Positions 9,240 to 18,252 are shown, numbered from the stretch's first letter. The stretch is DNA of 19,576 bases from Fibrobacterales bacterium (GCA_051532035.1 JAOPTW010000003.1:1-19576); one strand, 5' to 3'. A program made the numbers and translations. The notes: a model not told the origin generated them from the letters alone.

Positions 9240-10070
9240 CTAGCCTTCCATGGTGTTTGAAAGGGGGAAAAAATTGATATTGAGCATGTACACTTGTTCG
9301 GGAGATTCGTCGTTGACGGCCAGCTTCATGAGGCGCGAGCGGCAGTCTCGTATGATGTCGATATAGTGCTTGTAACTTTCTTTTGAAAATGAGAGTGTGG
9401 TTGCAGAGGAGAGTCGTTTCTTGGGTTTCCAACGGTCAAATGCGGTAATTGCCATTTGCAACATCTCTAACTGATAATTTATTACTTGGTGTGACCCTAA
9501 GTTGCTGGTTTGCTTTGTGTTGAGAAGAGGTTCTGTCTGTTGGTAGTGCCCCTCAGTTCGTTTTAAAAATCCGAGCTTTAAAAGAAGATTAACCGATGCT
9601 TTTGCTTGCTTAGCAGAAATAGCAGGTTTTAAAAACTTTCCCAGTATAGCGTAATCTTCTTTAAAGTCTAAGAGGGTTACTGCTTCGCGTATTGCACTAT
9701 GATACCATGCAGAGAAGTACTCATACTGTTCTTCAGATATCGTTTTTACATGGCGCATTTTTTGTTTTTCAATCATCTTTTCAAAAAAGACATTTTGTGC
9801 TTTAACGGATTTGGCTTGATTAAACGATACCAAGTTTTCAAAATATTCTGCTTCATCGTCACTCAGGCCAAATGCGATACAGGTTTTTAGGATGGTCTCT
9901 TTAGTAAGATTTCTTTTTGACTTAATTACTTGGGGATAAAAAGATGATGAGTTGATGCCTGCTTTTTGTGCATAGTAACGGTACGAGAAGGTTCGGTTTT
10001 GAGCCGCCTTCATCTCCTGAAGATCACTTAAAAAGAGTCGGTAATCCGAATAGTCATATACTGAAATCAT
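9240..10070 (-). CDS. TIGR02147-family (DUF4423) protein, putative DNA-binding regulator
   Basis: Family-like N-terminus VYDYSDYRLFL...FSYRYYAQKAGINSSSF...KRNLT, then YFENLVSFNQAK, YFSAWYHSAIRE and C-terminal VYMLNINFFPLS. Length is 276 aa. Confidence 0.9.
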   Translation of the reverse strand: MISVYDYSDYRLFLSDLQEMKAAQNRTFSYRYYAQKAGINSSSFYPQVIKSKRNLTKETILKTCIAFGLSDDEAEYFENLVSFNQAKSVKAQNVFFEKMIEKQKMRHVKTISEEQYEYFSAWYHSAIREAVTLLDFKEDYAILGKFLKPAISAKQAKASVNLLLKLGFLKRTEGHYQQTEPLLNTKQTSNLGSHQVINYQLEMLQMAITAFDRWKPKKRLSSATTLSFSKESYKHYIDIIRDCRSRLMKLAVNDESPEQVYMLNINFFPLSNTMEG

Positions 10071-10250
10071 GTGTGTCCCTTTGATTCTTTCTTCCCTGTA
10101 TATGAGGGTAAAATAATAAATTCCCGTTTATAATATACTCAGTTTTAGTTCTTTATTCCATTATTTCGGCATATTTTGTAGTTGTGGTAGTTTTTTGTGT
10201 AATCACCTGGACTCTCTCCTTAAAGATGTTCACTCCTACCTATGCCCCAT

Positions 10251-10284
10251 AAAAAATAGATAGGAGCTTTCACTCTCTATCTAT
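10251..10284 (-). terminator. Intrinsic terminator downstream of small ORF
   Basis: The minus strand reads ATAGATAG-A-GAG-tgaaag-CTC-CTATCTAT followed by a T run. Confidence 0.6.
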
Positions 10285-10332
10285 TAGGAGTACTGATGGG
10301 GGTCAGTACTGTCCGTGTCTTATGATAGATGA

Positions 10333-10431
10333 TTAAATGACGGTAAGGAAGCCCGCATACGATACAACGAGAGCCACAAGAGCGACGAAGGTGTATTGCA
10401 TGAGGTCGATGAGTATTTCGTGATATTTCAT
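10333..10431 (-). CDS. Unannotated 32-aa single-TM small protein (MKYHEILIDLMQYTFVALVALVVSYAGFLTVI)
   Basis: Translated by hand. AAAAGGAG RBS lies 7 nt before the ATG, the C-terminal 18 aa are hydrophobic, and it has an upstream sigma70-like promoter and downstream terminator. Confidence 0.6.
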   Translation of the reverse strand: MKYHEILIDLMQYTFVALVALVVSYAGFLTVI

Positions 10432-10521
10432 GATTTTGCTCCTTTTTCCACGAGTGTGGGGTGGTTTGGTGTGCCTTGGCTTGTCTGTGTGTGTTGCCTT
10501 GTTCCCTTTCTCTTACCTAAA

Positions 10522-10550
10522 AGTATATTCAGAATGGGGGTAGTGCACAA
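10522..10550 (-). promoter_or_regulatory. sigma70-like promoter for the small ORF
   Basis: Minus strand TTGTGC-N17-TATACT, about 90 nt upstream of the ATG at 10431. Confidence 0.5.
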
Positions 10551-10739
10551 AATGTGACGAAAGTGAGGCTATATGTGGTTACAGTTGTAATCAGTAAACT
10601 TATGTAAACTGCTAAAAAGGCCATTTTTGAGATGTTTTGTCAAAATCATGTAATCACTTGGGTGGGTGTGCAAAATAGTATTGCACAAGAAAGGGGGGGG
10701 ATCTTTTATGGACAAATGACAGTAAGTGTCGTACACTGA

Positions 10740-11966
10740 ATGAAACCTATCTTACTAGAGTTATCTGTGTCTGAGTTAGAACATGGCCATATGAAATACA
10801 CCGGTATCAACTCAATCCGGTTGGTAGTAATGATTTTTGTCATTATTTTTACGTTCGACCATGAGTATCTATTATATAAATCTATCTGTATTGGTAATCT
10901 CGTCTTTTCTGCTGTTTGGTTGATTGCCGAAGAGTTTCGTTATGTTGATGTATCTAAATATCCTCGACTCTCTTGGGTGCCAACGTCGTCAGATTTGATA
11001 ATGGTTGCCTTGGTGTTTTTTATGACGGGAACCGTTAATTCATTTATAAATATTGGCTTTCTTTTGGTTACTGCAGTCTGTTCTCTTAATTTAAAAACGG
11101 GTCAGGGCCTCTTTTCTGCAATTATATCGATACTCTTCTATATCTCAATATCTCTACTGGTCCTACTTGGCTTATTTCCAGACATCAATATACTTGGTGC
11201 AGAGAATGGAGTGACACTTCAGGCTTTCTTGATCTCCTCGGTATTATTTGCGGCGGCAAATATTGCAGTGTACCTCTTGGTGACTGAGTTGATGGAACGA
11301 AATAAAAATTTATACCATGAAGTAGAAGATCAGAAACATAAAAATGAAGAGTTACTTCTTAATATACTTCCCTATAGTACGGTTAAAGAGCTACAACTCT
11401 ATGGCCGCTCAATTCCGCGTAAGGTAAATCAGGCAACAATCTTCTTTTCTGACTTTGTTAATTTTACCAATATATCAAAAGGAATGCTTGCCGAAGACCT
11501 GGTAGATAAACTTGATGGCTTTTTTACATTTTTTGATAAAACCTTAGAGCGGTACCAGATCGAAAAATTAAAAACTATCGGTGATGGATATATGGCGGTG
11601 TCTGGGGTGTTGGGTGACTATAAACAGCAGGCGGTTAATATGTGTAATGCCTCATTGGATATTCTTGAATATATGAAGATTCACGAACTTGATGATAAAA
11701 ACGTCTGGAATGTACGCATTGGTATTAATACGGGTGAAGTAATTGCGGGTATTATAGGGAAATCAAAATTTTCGTACGATGTGTGGGGGCAGGCAGTCAA
11801 TTTAGCTGCGAGGCTCGAAAGTGCGAGTGAATCAGGAAAGATCAATATTTCACAAGTGACCTATGAGCTGACTAAGGATGTTTTTGAATATGAGTATCGT
11901 GGAAAGATTAGTGTGAAGGGTATTGAGGGAGTTGATATGTACTATTTGGTTGGGAGAAAAGAGTAA
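10740..11966 (+). CDS. Membrane-bound class III adenylate cyclase
   Basis: A multi-TM N-terminus and the helical linker EELLLNILP precede the catalytic motifs FSDFVNFT, EKLKTIGDGYM, RIGINTG and YDVWGQAVNLAARLES. The K/D specificity pair indicates ATP. The start could be 10791. Confidence 0.93.
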   Translation: MKPILLELSVSELEHGHMKYTGINSIRLVVMIFVIIFTFDHEYLLYKSICIGNLVFSAVWLIAEEFRYVDVSKYPRLSWVPTSSDLIMVALVFFMTGTVNSFINIGFLLVTAVCSLNLKTGQGLFSAIISILFYISISLLVLLGLFPDINILGAENGVTLQAFLISSVLFAAANIAVYLLVTELMERNKNLYHEVEDQKHKNEELLLNILPYSTVKELQLYGRSIPRKVNQATIFFSDFVNFTNISKGMLAEDLVDKLDGFFTFFDKTLERYQIEKLKTIGDGYMAVSGVLGDYKQQAVNMCNASLDILEYMKIHELDDKNVWNVRIGINTGEVIAGIIGKSKFSYDVWGQAVNLAARLESASESGKINISQVTYELTKDVFEYEYRGKISVKGIEGVDMYYLVGRKE

Positions 11967-12136
11967 GGCAACCTGTGAAGGCGGATATTAAACGGTAATG
12001 CCTCAATTTTATTGAGACCATTTTTTATTGATCATAATTGGGCAAATGGTTTTTTAATCCAATAAATGGTATTATTTTATATCAGCTGTATAATTGCCTA
12101 ACTTAATATGTACAGCCTAAATGAGGATTGTATTAG

Positions 12137-14854
12137 ATGGCGCTTTCAACTCCATTTCTCGGACGGCTTAGTACGAAATTTATCAGTATCGTACTCTTTT
12201 TAATTATTGTCCCTCAGGTGTGTATCTATCTCTTTATGTCGTGGACGACAACTGAGGTGATGAAAAATGCCCTGCGTGATAGTTTACAAGAAAAATCATA
12301 TTTGGTTGCCACAGATATTGATCAATATTTTGACCAACGAATTCATGATACTCGTATTATATCTCAGGCAGATGTACTCGAAGGTGATGATAGAGAAAAG
12401 ATTATTCAATATCTTACTGAAATAAATAGTGAGACACCGTATCTTAATGATCTTGATATTATAAATACGGATGGAGTCGTTGTTGCAAGCTCAGGAGAGC
12501 AGAATGAACGAGGGCTTCATCTCAGTCAATACTATCAATCAATACTCCCGCTTTTTGAAAAGGTCCAGCAGGCCAAGCAAGGTGATGTTTTTGTTTCGGA
12601 AGCACAACTTCTCGATAGTGGTGCAGGGATAATAATGCTCACCCCTATAACTGACGAAAGTAATACACAGGTAATTAAAACATTACTTGTTGAAGTGAAT
12701 TTTGACATGATTACTTCTGTTGTCAAAGCCTTTGATGACCGGGTTATTGGTGATAAACATGTTTACGTTGTTGATAATAATGGTCGTGTTGTTGTGGCTG
12801 GTGATACCGACATGGTGTTACTGCAAAAGCTCCCCGACCTTCGAACCAATAAAGATCTCCTCTTTCATTTTGAAGAGCAGGGGCAGGTAGGGAGCGTTGT
12901 TTATACAGATAGTGAGAATGATGTCGTAATGGCGGGATTTGCAGACATGGCAGAGTTTGGGGTCAATAAAGCAATGGATTGGAGTATTATTGCCATTGCC
13001 CCTATGGACGTAATAATTGCCCCCTTTACAACACTCAAGCAAGTAATGGTATTGGTGATGTTTCTTGTTCTTATCTGCGTAGTCATTGCGATGTATATAT
13101 TGAGTAGAGGAATCATATCTTCGGTAACTGGCTTGGTAGAATCAGCAGAGCGTATTGATGCAGGTGACTTAGAACACCGTATTATCCATACTAAAAATGA
13201 TGAATTTCGAATTTTAGCAGACACCATGAACACGACGCTCAATAATTTTGTCATTGCGAGAACTCGAGCGGAGGAGGCTACGAATGAGATGCTCAAAGAG
13301 AAAGAGCTCCTTAATGTGACGCTTCACTCCATTGGCGATGGTGTCATTACTACCGATATTGAAGGCAGAGTGGTAATGATCAATCAAGTTACTGAGATTC
13401 TTACTGGTTGGAAAAAAGAGGAGGCGATTGGGGTACCCATAACTGATCTCTTTGTTATTGTACATGAGGAGAGTCGTGAAACGGTGAACAATCCTGTGGA
13501 CAAAGTCTTGCTGACTAAAGCGATTGTTGAGTTGGCGAGTGACACAATCTTGATTACGCGTGATGGAGAGGAACATATTATTGCCGACTCGGCGGCTCCC
13601 ATTATTGATGATGGTGGTGTAATGATTGGTGTGGTATTGGTGTTTAGAGATATTACGGAGATGACTCTCAATAATAGAGAACAAGAACGCCTCCAAGAGA
13701 TGCTCAGCCATAAATCAAAAATGGATGCTATTGGACAACTTGCTGGTGGGGTTGCCCATGATTTTAATAATATGCTTGGTGGAATAATGGGAGCAGCGAA
13801 TCTTTTATTGTCTCCAAAGCGTTCTATTGATGAACGATCGAAAGAGTATGTTTTAATGATACTGGAGGCGGCGAATCGGGCAGCTGACCTTACCGAAAAG
13901 TTAATGGCATTTGGTCGTAAAGGAAAAATCCTTTCAACGGCAATTAACTTGCATACTATTATTCAAGACTCAGTTGCAATTCTTTCGCAGAGTATCGATA
14001 AAAATATTGTGATAACTATCAATCCTCATGCGAACCACAGCTCATTTATCGGTGATATCACGAGTATTCAAAATGTAATTATAAACATAGGTATCAACGC
14101 GAGTCATGCAATGAAAGAGGGTGGTACCCTCACTATTGAAACATCCAATGTGAATCTCACTGCGGAGTACTGTGATTTTTCATCGTTTAGTTTGTCTCCC
14201 GATGAATATATTTTAATGCATATTAGGGATACCGGTACCGGTATAGATCCCGATGATCTTACAAAAATATTTGACCCCTTCTTTACAACTAAAGCTCAGG
14301 GAGAGGGCACAGGCCTTGGTCTTGCATCGGTCTATGGTACTATAGAGGATCATCACGGCGCTATTGATGTGCAGAGTGAAAGTGGTGTTGGTACTGAGTT
14401 TCATATTTATCTCCCGGTTACTCGTGGTCAAGTAAATCAAAATACTGCACATACGGTATATCCTCATTTTGAGCATACGGGTAAAATTATTCTAGTTGAT
14501 GATGAACGATTACTCCTGGTGACTGGTGCTCACATTCTTGAAGGACTGGGATTTGAAGTACTCTCATATAAAAATGGCTCCCTTGCTTTGGAATATTATC
14601 GGGAGCATATGGACGAGGTTTTGTGTATTATTACTGATATGATTATGCCCGAAATTAATGGCCGCGACCTTTTCTATAAATTAAGAGAACTCAACCCTCT
14701 GTGCAAGGTGATTCTTTCATCGGGGTTTGTAAAAGATGAAGATATCTCAGAACTCCTTGGTTTGGGGCTCTCGGGGTTTATTAAGAAACCGTACCGAGAG
14801 AGTGAATTGATCGAGCTCCTTCATGTTGTATTAGATGGCACATCACCCACATAA
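12137..14854 (+). CDS. Hybrid sensor histidine kinase (TM-Cache-TM-HAMP-PAS/PAC-HisKA-HATPase-REC)
   Basis: PAS SIGDGVITTD...GVVLVFRDIT; H-box GGVAHDFNNML; N/G/F boxes NIGINASHAM, DTGTGI, FDPFFTTK..GEGTGLGL; receiver LVDDE...ITDMIMP...FIKKPY. GAGG RBS upstream. Confidence 0.95.
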   Translation: MALSTPFLGRLSTKFISIVLFLIIVPQVCIYLFMSWTTTEVMKNALRDSLQEKSYLVATDIDQYFDQRIHDTRIISQADVLEGDDREKIIQYLTEINSETPYLNDLDIINTDGVVVASSGEQNERGLHLSQYYQSILPLFEKVQQAKQGDVFVSEAQLLDSGAGIIMLTPITDESNTQVIKTLLVEVNFDMITSVVKAFDDRVIGDKHVYVVDNNGRVVVAGDTDMVLLQKLPDLRTNKDLLFHFEEQGQVGSVVYTDSENDVVMAGFADMAEFGVNKAMDWSIIAIAPMDVIIAPFTTLKQVMVLVMFLVLICVVIAMYILSRGIISSVTGLVESAERIDAGDLEHRIIHTKNDEFRILADTMNTTLNNFVIARTRAEEATNEMLKEKELLNVTLHSIGDGVITTDIEGRVVMINQVTEILTGWKKEEAIGVPITDLFVIVHEESRETVNNPVDKVLLTKAIVELASDTILITRDGEEHIIADSAAPIIDDGGVMIGVVLVFRDITEMTLNNREQERLQEMLSHKSKMDAIGQLAGGVAHDFNNMLGGIMGAANLLLSPKRSIDERSKEYVLMILEAANRAADLTEKLMAFGRKGKILSTAINLHTIIQDSVAILSQSIDKNIVITINPHANHSSFIGDITSIQNVIINIGINASHAMKEGGTLTIETSNVNLTAEYCDFSSFSLSPDEYILMHIRDTGTGIDPDDLTKIFDPFFTTKAQGEGTGLGLASVYGTIEDHHGAIDVQSESGVGTEFHIYLPVTRGQVNQNTAHTVYPHFEHTGKIILVDDERLLLVTGAHILEGLGFEVLSYKNGSLALEYYREHMDEVLCIITDMIMPEINGRDLFYKLRELNPLCKVILSSGFVKDEDISELLGLGLSGFIKKPYRESELIELLHVVLDGTSPT

Positions 14855-15144
14855 TTAGTGTTGTAATGAGAGCCTTCGCTGTACCTGTTAGGTGTTGAAA
14901 AGGTACTCTCTGTAGAGTGATGATGATAAATACAGGCTTTTGCTTGAGGCTTTATAAAATAAATTGCGCTTTTTGGGCCTTTTAGTCGGTTTTATAGGGG
15001 TTTTGAAAATGAGTACGGATTCAGTACAACTTCGGTGCGACTTGAGAACGGTATCCTGTACGTATCTGTGTTGACTATCTAAACTTGTTTGTCATTAAGG
15101 TATCCTTGTGTTATTAAGTAACTATTACACATTAAGGACTCCCT

Positions 15145-16866
15145 ATGAAAACATTAACCTTGTCACTCGCTACTATCGCTTTAATGAGTGCATGCAACCC
15201 TTTGGTAAGCTCTAATACTCCTACACCTCCCAATGCAATGATCTCTTCGGTAAGTACGGTATCGAGCAGTATGGAGGCTCTTGCTGGAGTGAGTAGCGCC
15301 ATTACCACTGATAGTACTCTCCACATAAGTAGCAGTATTGCTGCCCCCGTGCAACTCTCGTCAAACAGCTTGAATAGTTCGAGTAGTGCTCCGGTTGTTG
15401 TGGTTGGGGGAGTGAGTTCTTTGACTTTGGTAAGTTCTGCTGAAGCACTTGTCAGTAGCGCGCCGGTATCGACAGTAGCACTACCGTTCAGTAGTCCGGT
15501 CGTTACCCCGCTCAGCAGCCAAGGAAGTGTTGTGGAAGCCCCGATAACTCTCAGCTCGAGTAGTAGCACCCCCGTCGAAGAAAGTAGTGCTGCTGCACTA
15601 TCATCAAGTATCGTGGTACCAGAGAGTTCAAGTAGTGCTCTCATCGTTCCGAATCTCAATCCTCTCGTTGGCTCTACCTATCCAGACCTATCTGTTGGAG
15701 AACTGGGCGATCTCTACTCTGACACTCTCAATGGTGCAGGCTTTGTACGTGATACGAATAAGTGGCGCGTGACTAATGTGACCGACCTTATCCAGCGGGG
15801 CAAGCTGATGTACCTTTATGATTTTGGTTTTTCTATTAATCTCATCTATAGTTGGGGTGCCTTGCCTGCAGACCTCATTGCTCTCGAAGTTGATGCGAGT
15901 GAAGTACTCAATTCTGCTATCTCTTTAGAGATCTTAATGAATAATGGGTACACTCTAGAAAGCGCAATAGAAAAAGGGATTGCTCCTGAAAAACTTATTG
16001 AAGCATCATATACTGTTTCTGAACTCATTGCTGCTGGTATGAGTGTCGAGGATTTGATTCAGGGCGAAGTTCCTCTCGAAGATTTGTATAATCTGGGAAT
16101 GGATTTAGAATCCCTCGTCAAAGATTCTGTTTCGGCAGTATTGTTACAAAGTGCCGGTGCCTCACTTGACACCCTTATTATTACTGAGTATGCAGTGGCT
16201 GAGCTTAAAGAGTCGGGGGTATCACTCGAAGATTTGATTGATGCAGGAGCTCCTTATCGTTATCTCCTCTCTGTTGGGTTTTCTAAAGAAGACCTTACTG
16301 ATGCAGGCATGATTGGAACGTTTGTTGATGATCGTGATGCTCAAGACTATCCTTGGGTCAAGATACATGGTATTTATTGGATGGCAGAAAACCTTAACTA
16401 CTCTGCGGGCAATACCCTTGGCTATTGCTATGGTGAAGCGGATCATTCAGAAAATGAGAACTGTACTATTTATGGAAGAATCTATGTACATGCAGAATTA
16501 GTCAATCCACCCGTAGGTAAGGATGATATCTGCCCTGATGGTTGGAATTGGGCGACCGATAATCAATTCGGTCACTCATTAACACGGTCGGCATTTAAAT
16601 TTACCGATAATTCTAAAGATGCATCTGATGCTTTGGGTAACCCGAATTACTGGGACGATGGCACAGACCTTTTTGGGTTTAATGGTAAACATACTGGTGA
16701 GCGAAATATGTATGGGGACTATCAGTACAAAGGAGTTGCTCTGAGTTTTTGGTTACCAAAAGGCTATAAAGACAGCCTTATCTATTCAACTTCTATGCTT
16801 CGCTCGGGTGAAATGGGTAAAAAAAGTGGGTTTCCTATTCGTTGTACGAGACTGACAATGGAATAG
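15145..16866 (+). CDS. Lipoprotein with Ser-rich linker, decapeptide repeats and C-terminal FISUMP (Fibrobacter succinogenes major paralogous) domain
   Basis: AAGGA RBS and lipobox LMSA-C. The C-terminal GTFVDDRDAQDYPWVKI..IYWMAENLNY, YGRIY, ICPDGW, GTDLFGF and GFPIRC are FISUMP-like motifs. Confidence 0.88.
   Translation: MKTLTLSLATIALMSACNPLVSSNTPTPPNAMISSVSTVSSSMEALAGVSSAITTDSTLHISSSIAAPVQLSSNSLNSSSSAPVVVVGGVSSLTLVSSAEALVSSAPVSTVALPFSSPVVTPLSSQGSVVEAPITLSSSSSTPVEESSAAALSSSIVVPESSSSALIVPNLNPLVGSTYPDLSVGELGDLYSDTLNGAGFVRDTNKWRVTNVTDLIQRGKLMYLYDFGFSINLIYSWGALPADLIALEVDASEVLNSAISLEILMNNGYTLESAIEKGIAPEKLIEASYTVSELIAAGMSVEDLIQGEVPLEDLYNLGMDLESLVKDSVSAVLLQSAGASLDTLIITEYAVAELKESGVSLEDLIDAGAPYRYLLSVGFSKEDLTDAGMIGTFVDDRDAQDYPWVKIHGIYWMAENLNYSAGNTLGYCYGEADHSENENCTIYGRIYVHAELVNPPVGKDDICPDGWNWATDNQFGHSLTRSAFKFTDNSKDASDALGNPNYWDDGTDLFGFNGKHTGERNMYGDYQYKGVALSFWLPKGYKDSLIYSTSMLRSGEMGKKSGFPIRCTRLTME
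15802..16311 (+). repeat. ~17 tandem in-register 10-aa repeats (consensus ~ S-L-E-D-L-I-x-A-G-hydrophobic)
   Basis: Examples are TVSELIAAGM / SVEDLIQGEV / PLEDLYNLGM / AVAELKESGV / SLEDLIDAGA / SKEDLTDAGM, with no indels across the array. Confidence 0.8.
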
Positions 16867-16901
16867 TGATCCTGTATTCAATTTTTTGATATGTAATGTG
16901 T

Positions 16902-16954
16902 AAGCCCTGTGTGGTAGGTGTCTTGTTAGACATCTATTGCCGGGGCTTTTTTTA
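16902..16954. terminator. Long hairpin / intrinsic terminator between convergent genes
   Basis: AAGCCC...TAGGTGTCT-tgtt-AGACATCTA...GGGCTT followed by a T run on the + strand. Confidence 0.7.
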
Positions 16955-16978
16955 TACTGGTACCAATTTTACCGATAC

Positions 16979-18058
16979 CTAGAGTAAGGACGGTAATTTG
17001 TGCAGGGCATCTTGAGCGACCTTGGTATATCGTGTGGTTGTTTGAATATTACTATGACCCATAAGCTTTTGAATATATCGAATGTCCACCCCCTTCTCTA
17101 AAAGGTGTGTCGCAAAGCTATGCCGGAAGGTGTGTGGCGAAACATTTTTGGTAATCTTTGCTTTGGTAGCCGCTCTTTTGACTATGGCAGAGATGGTGCG
17201 CGTCGATAAACCGCCACCCCGCTCACTTCGAAAGAGATGGGTGGACGGTTCACTATAGCGCATCTCACTTTTGATACTCTCGATAAGTGACTCAGGTATA
17301 ATCACAATGCGATCCTTATTACCCTTCGCCTCTTTAAGATGTATGGTACGTTGTGGTATATCAAGGTCAGCAACTTTGAGGTTACTTACCTCTGATACGC
17401 GCATTCCCGTAGAGTACATAAGCGAAATACAGGTGTGATGCTTGGAGTTCGTAATGGCTTTGAGTATTTGAGTGATCTCATCATGGGCAAGAACAATTGG
17501 GAGGTGTTTGGACTGACGAGGGCGTTGCTCAAGGATAAAACTGAAGCTTTTTTTAAGTTCTATTTTGTAAAGCGACCTAACGGCAGAGATGGCAATATTG
17601 ATAGTAGAGCCCATCTGTTTCTTTACCTCACTCAAAAAAATAAAGTAGTTCTTCAGCATTTGATTGGTCAATTGGTCAAAGGGTACCTCAATAAATCTAT
17701 CGAGATCTTTAAGTACTGACACATAGTTTCTGATAGTGGCTTCACTGTAATTGAGGTAGCGTAACTGCTTAGCCAATTGCTCTATGGTCTCTTTATTCAC
17801 AGATCGTTGTGGGGGAGGCATATACCGATAGATCTCTTTGTAAAAATTACCCACTATAGCCCTTACATATTTTGCATCCCGATCGGGCTTAACTTCATTC
17901 TCTAAAATGTAGTTGAGTACCAAATGAGGAGTGACTTCTGGAAAGGACTCAGTCCATCTTAAAAACTGTGTGATAACATATGTATGGTACTCAATAGCTG
18001 CATTAGATTTGTTTTGTGTCAATAAGTGTTTTTGAAGTTTCTCTAGATAAATCTGCAT
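16979..18058 (-). CDS. Tyrosine recombinase/integrase of an integron-like locus
   Basis: Full catalytic set: STGMRVSE (R), AKGNKDR (K), HTFRHSFATH (HxxR), MGHS (H), TTTRYT (Y). N-terminal SAM-like core-binding domain (LNYSEATIRNY). ATG 18058 has an AGAGG RBS; the ORF could extend to 18091. Confidence 0.93.
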   Translation of the reverse strand: MQIYLEKLQKHLLTQNKSNAAIEYHTYVITQFLRWTESFPEVTPHLVLNYILENEVKPDRDAKYVRAIVGNFYKEIYRYMPPPQRSVNKETIEQLAKQLRYLNYSEATIRNYVSVLKDLDRFIEVPFDQLTNQMLKNYFIFLSEVKKQMGSTINIAISAVRSLYKIELKKSFSFILEQRPRQSKHLPIVLAHDEITQILKAITNSKHHTCISLMYSTGMRVSEVSNLKVADLDIPQRTIHLKEAKGNKDRIVIIPESLIESIKSEMRYSEPSTHLFRSERGGGLSTRTISAIVKRAATKAKITKNVSPHTFRHSFATHLLEKGVDIRYIQKLMGHSNIQTTTRYTKVAQDALHKLPSLL

Positions 18059-18224
18059 AGTTTTGCCTCTTAAATAGAAGTTAGACGTCATTACCTAGAG
18101 CATGGTAACCTCCCAGACACACTTTCTTAATAAAGTGATCATAGTCAGCAATTGAGCGCTGATAATGATCAAATGTTGGTTGTGACAGCACTGCTGACTT
18201 TGATTCGCGACTGGATGTTAGTAC

Positions 18225-18252
18225 CCAATAACGCTGACACAACTAGTTGGTG
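18225..18252 (+). other. Putative attI-like primary recombination site (crossover G/TT at 18246/18247)
   Basis: ...ACACAACTA|GTTGGTG. Identity to the downstream attC-like junction (19509) begins exactly at the GTT and no hairpin arm precedes it. The left boundary is approximate. Confidence 0.6.

Noticed and set aside
9232..9432. N-terminal 67-aa extension of the LamG ORF in the ORF track
   Set aside because: It overlaps the TIGR02147-like gene. The RBS and signal peptide support ATG 9231 (or 9225).
10551..10572. CRP-like site (AAATGTGA) near the adenylate cyclase
   Set aside because: Only one half-site is present; there is no TCACA at the N6 spacing.
15132..15659. 175-aa antisense ORF, and other short shadow ORFs (e.g. 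2758-3231, 12901-13296, 13214-13711, 18459-18701)
   Set aside because: They lie antisense or out of frame within well-supported genes and have no recognisable motifs.
16979..18058. Housekeeping XerC/XerD call
   Set aside because: The catalytic domain is Xer-like, but the extra N-terminal domain and the position next to a cassette array argue against it. No gene symbol was assigned.
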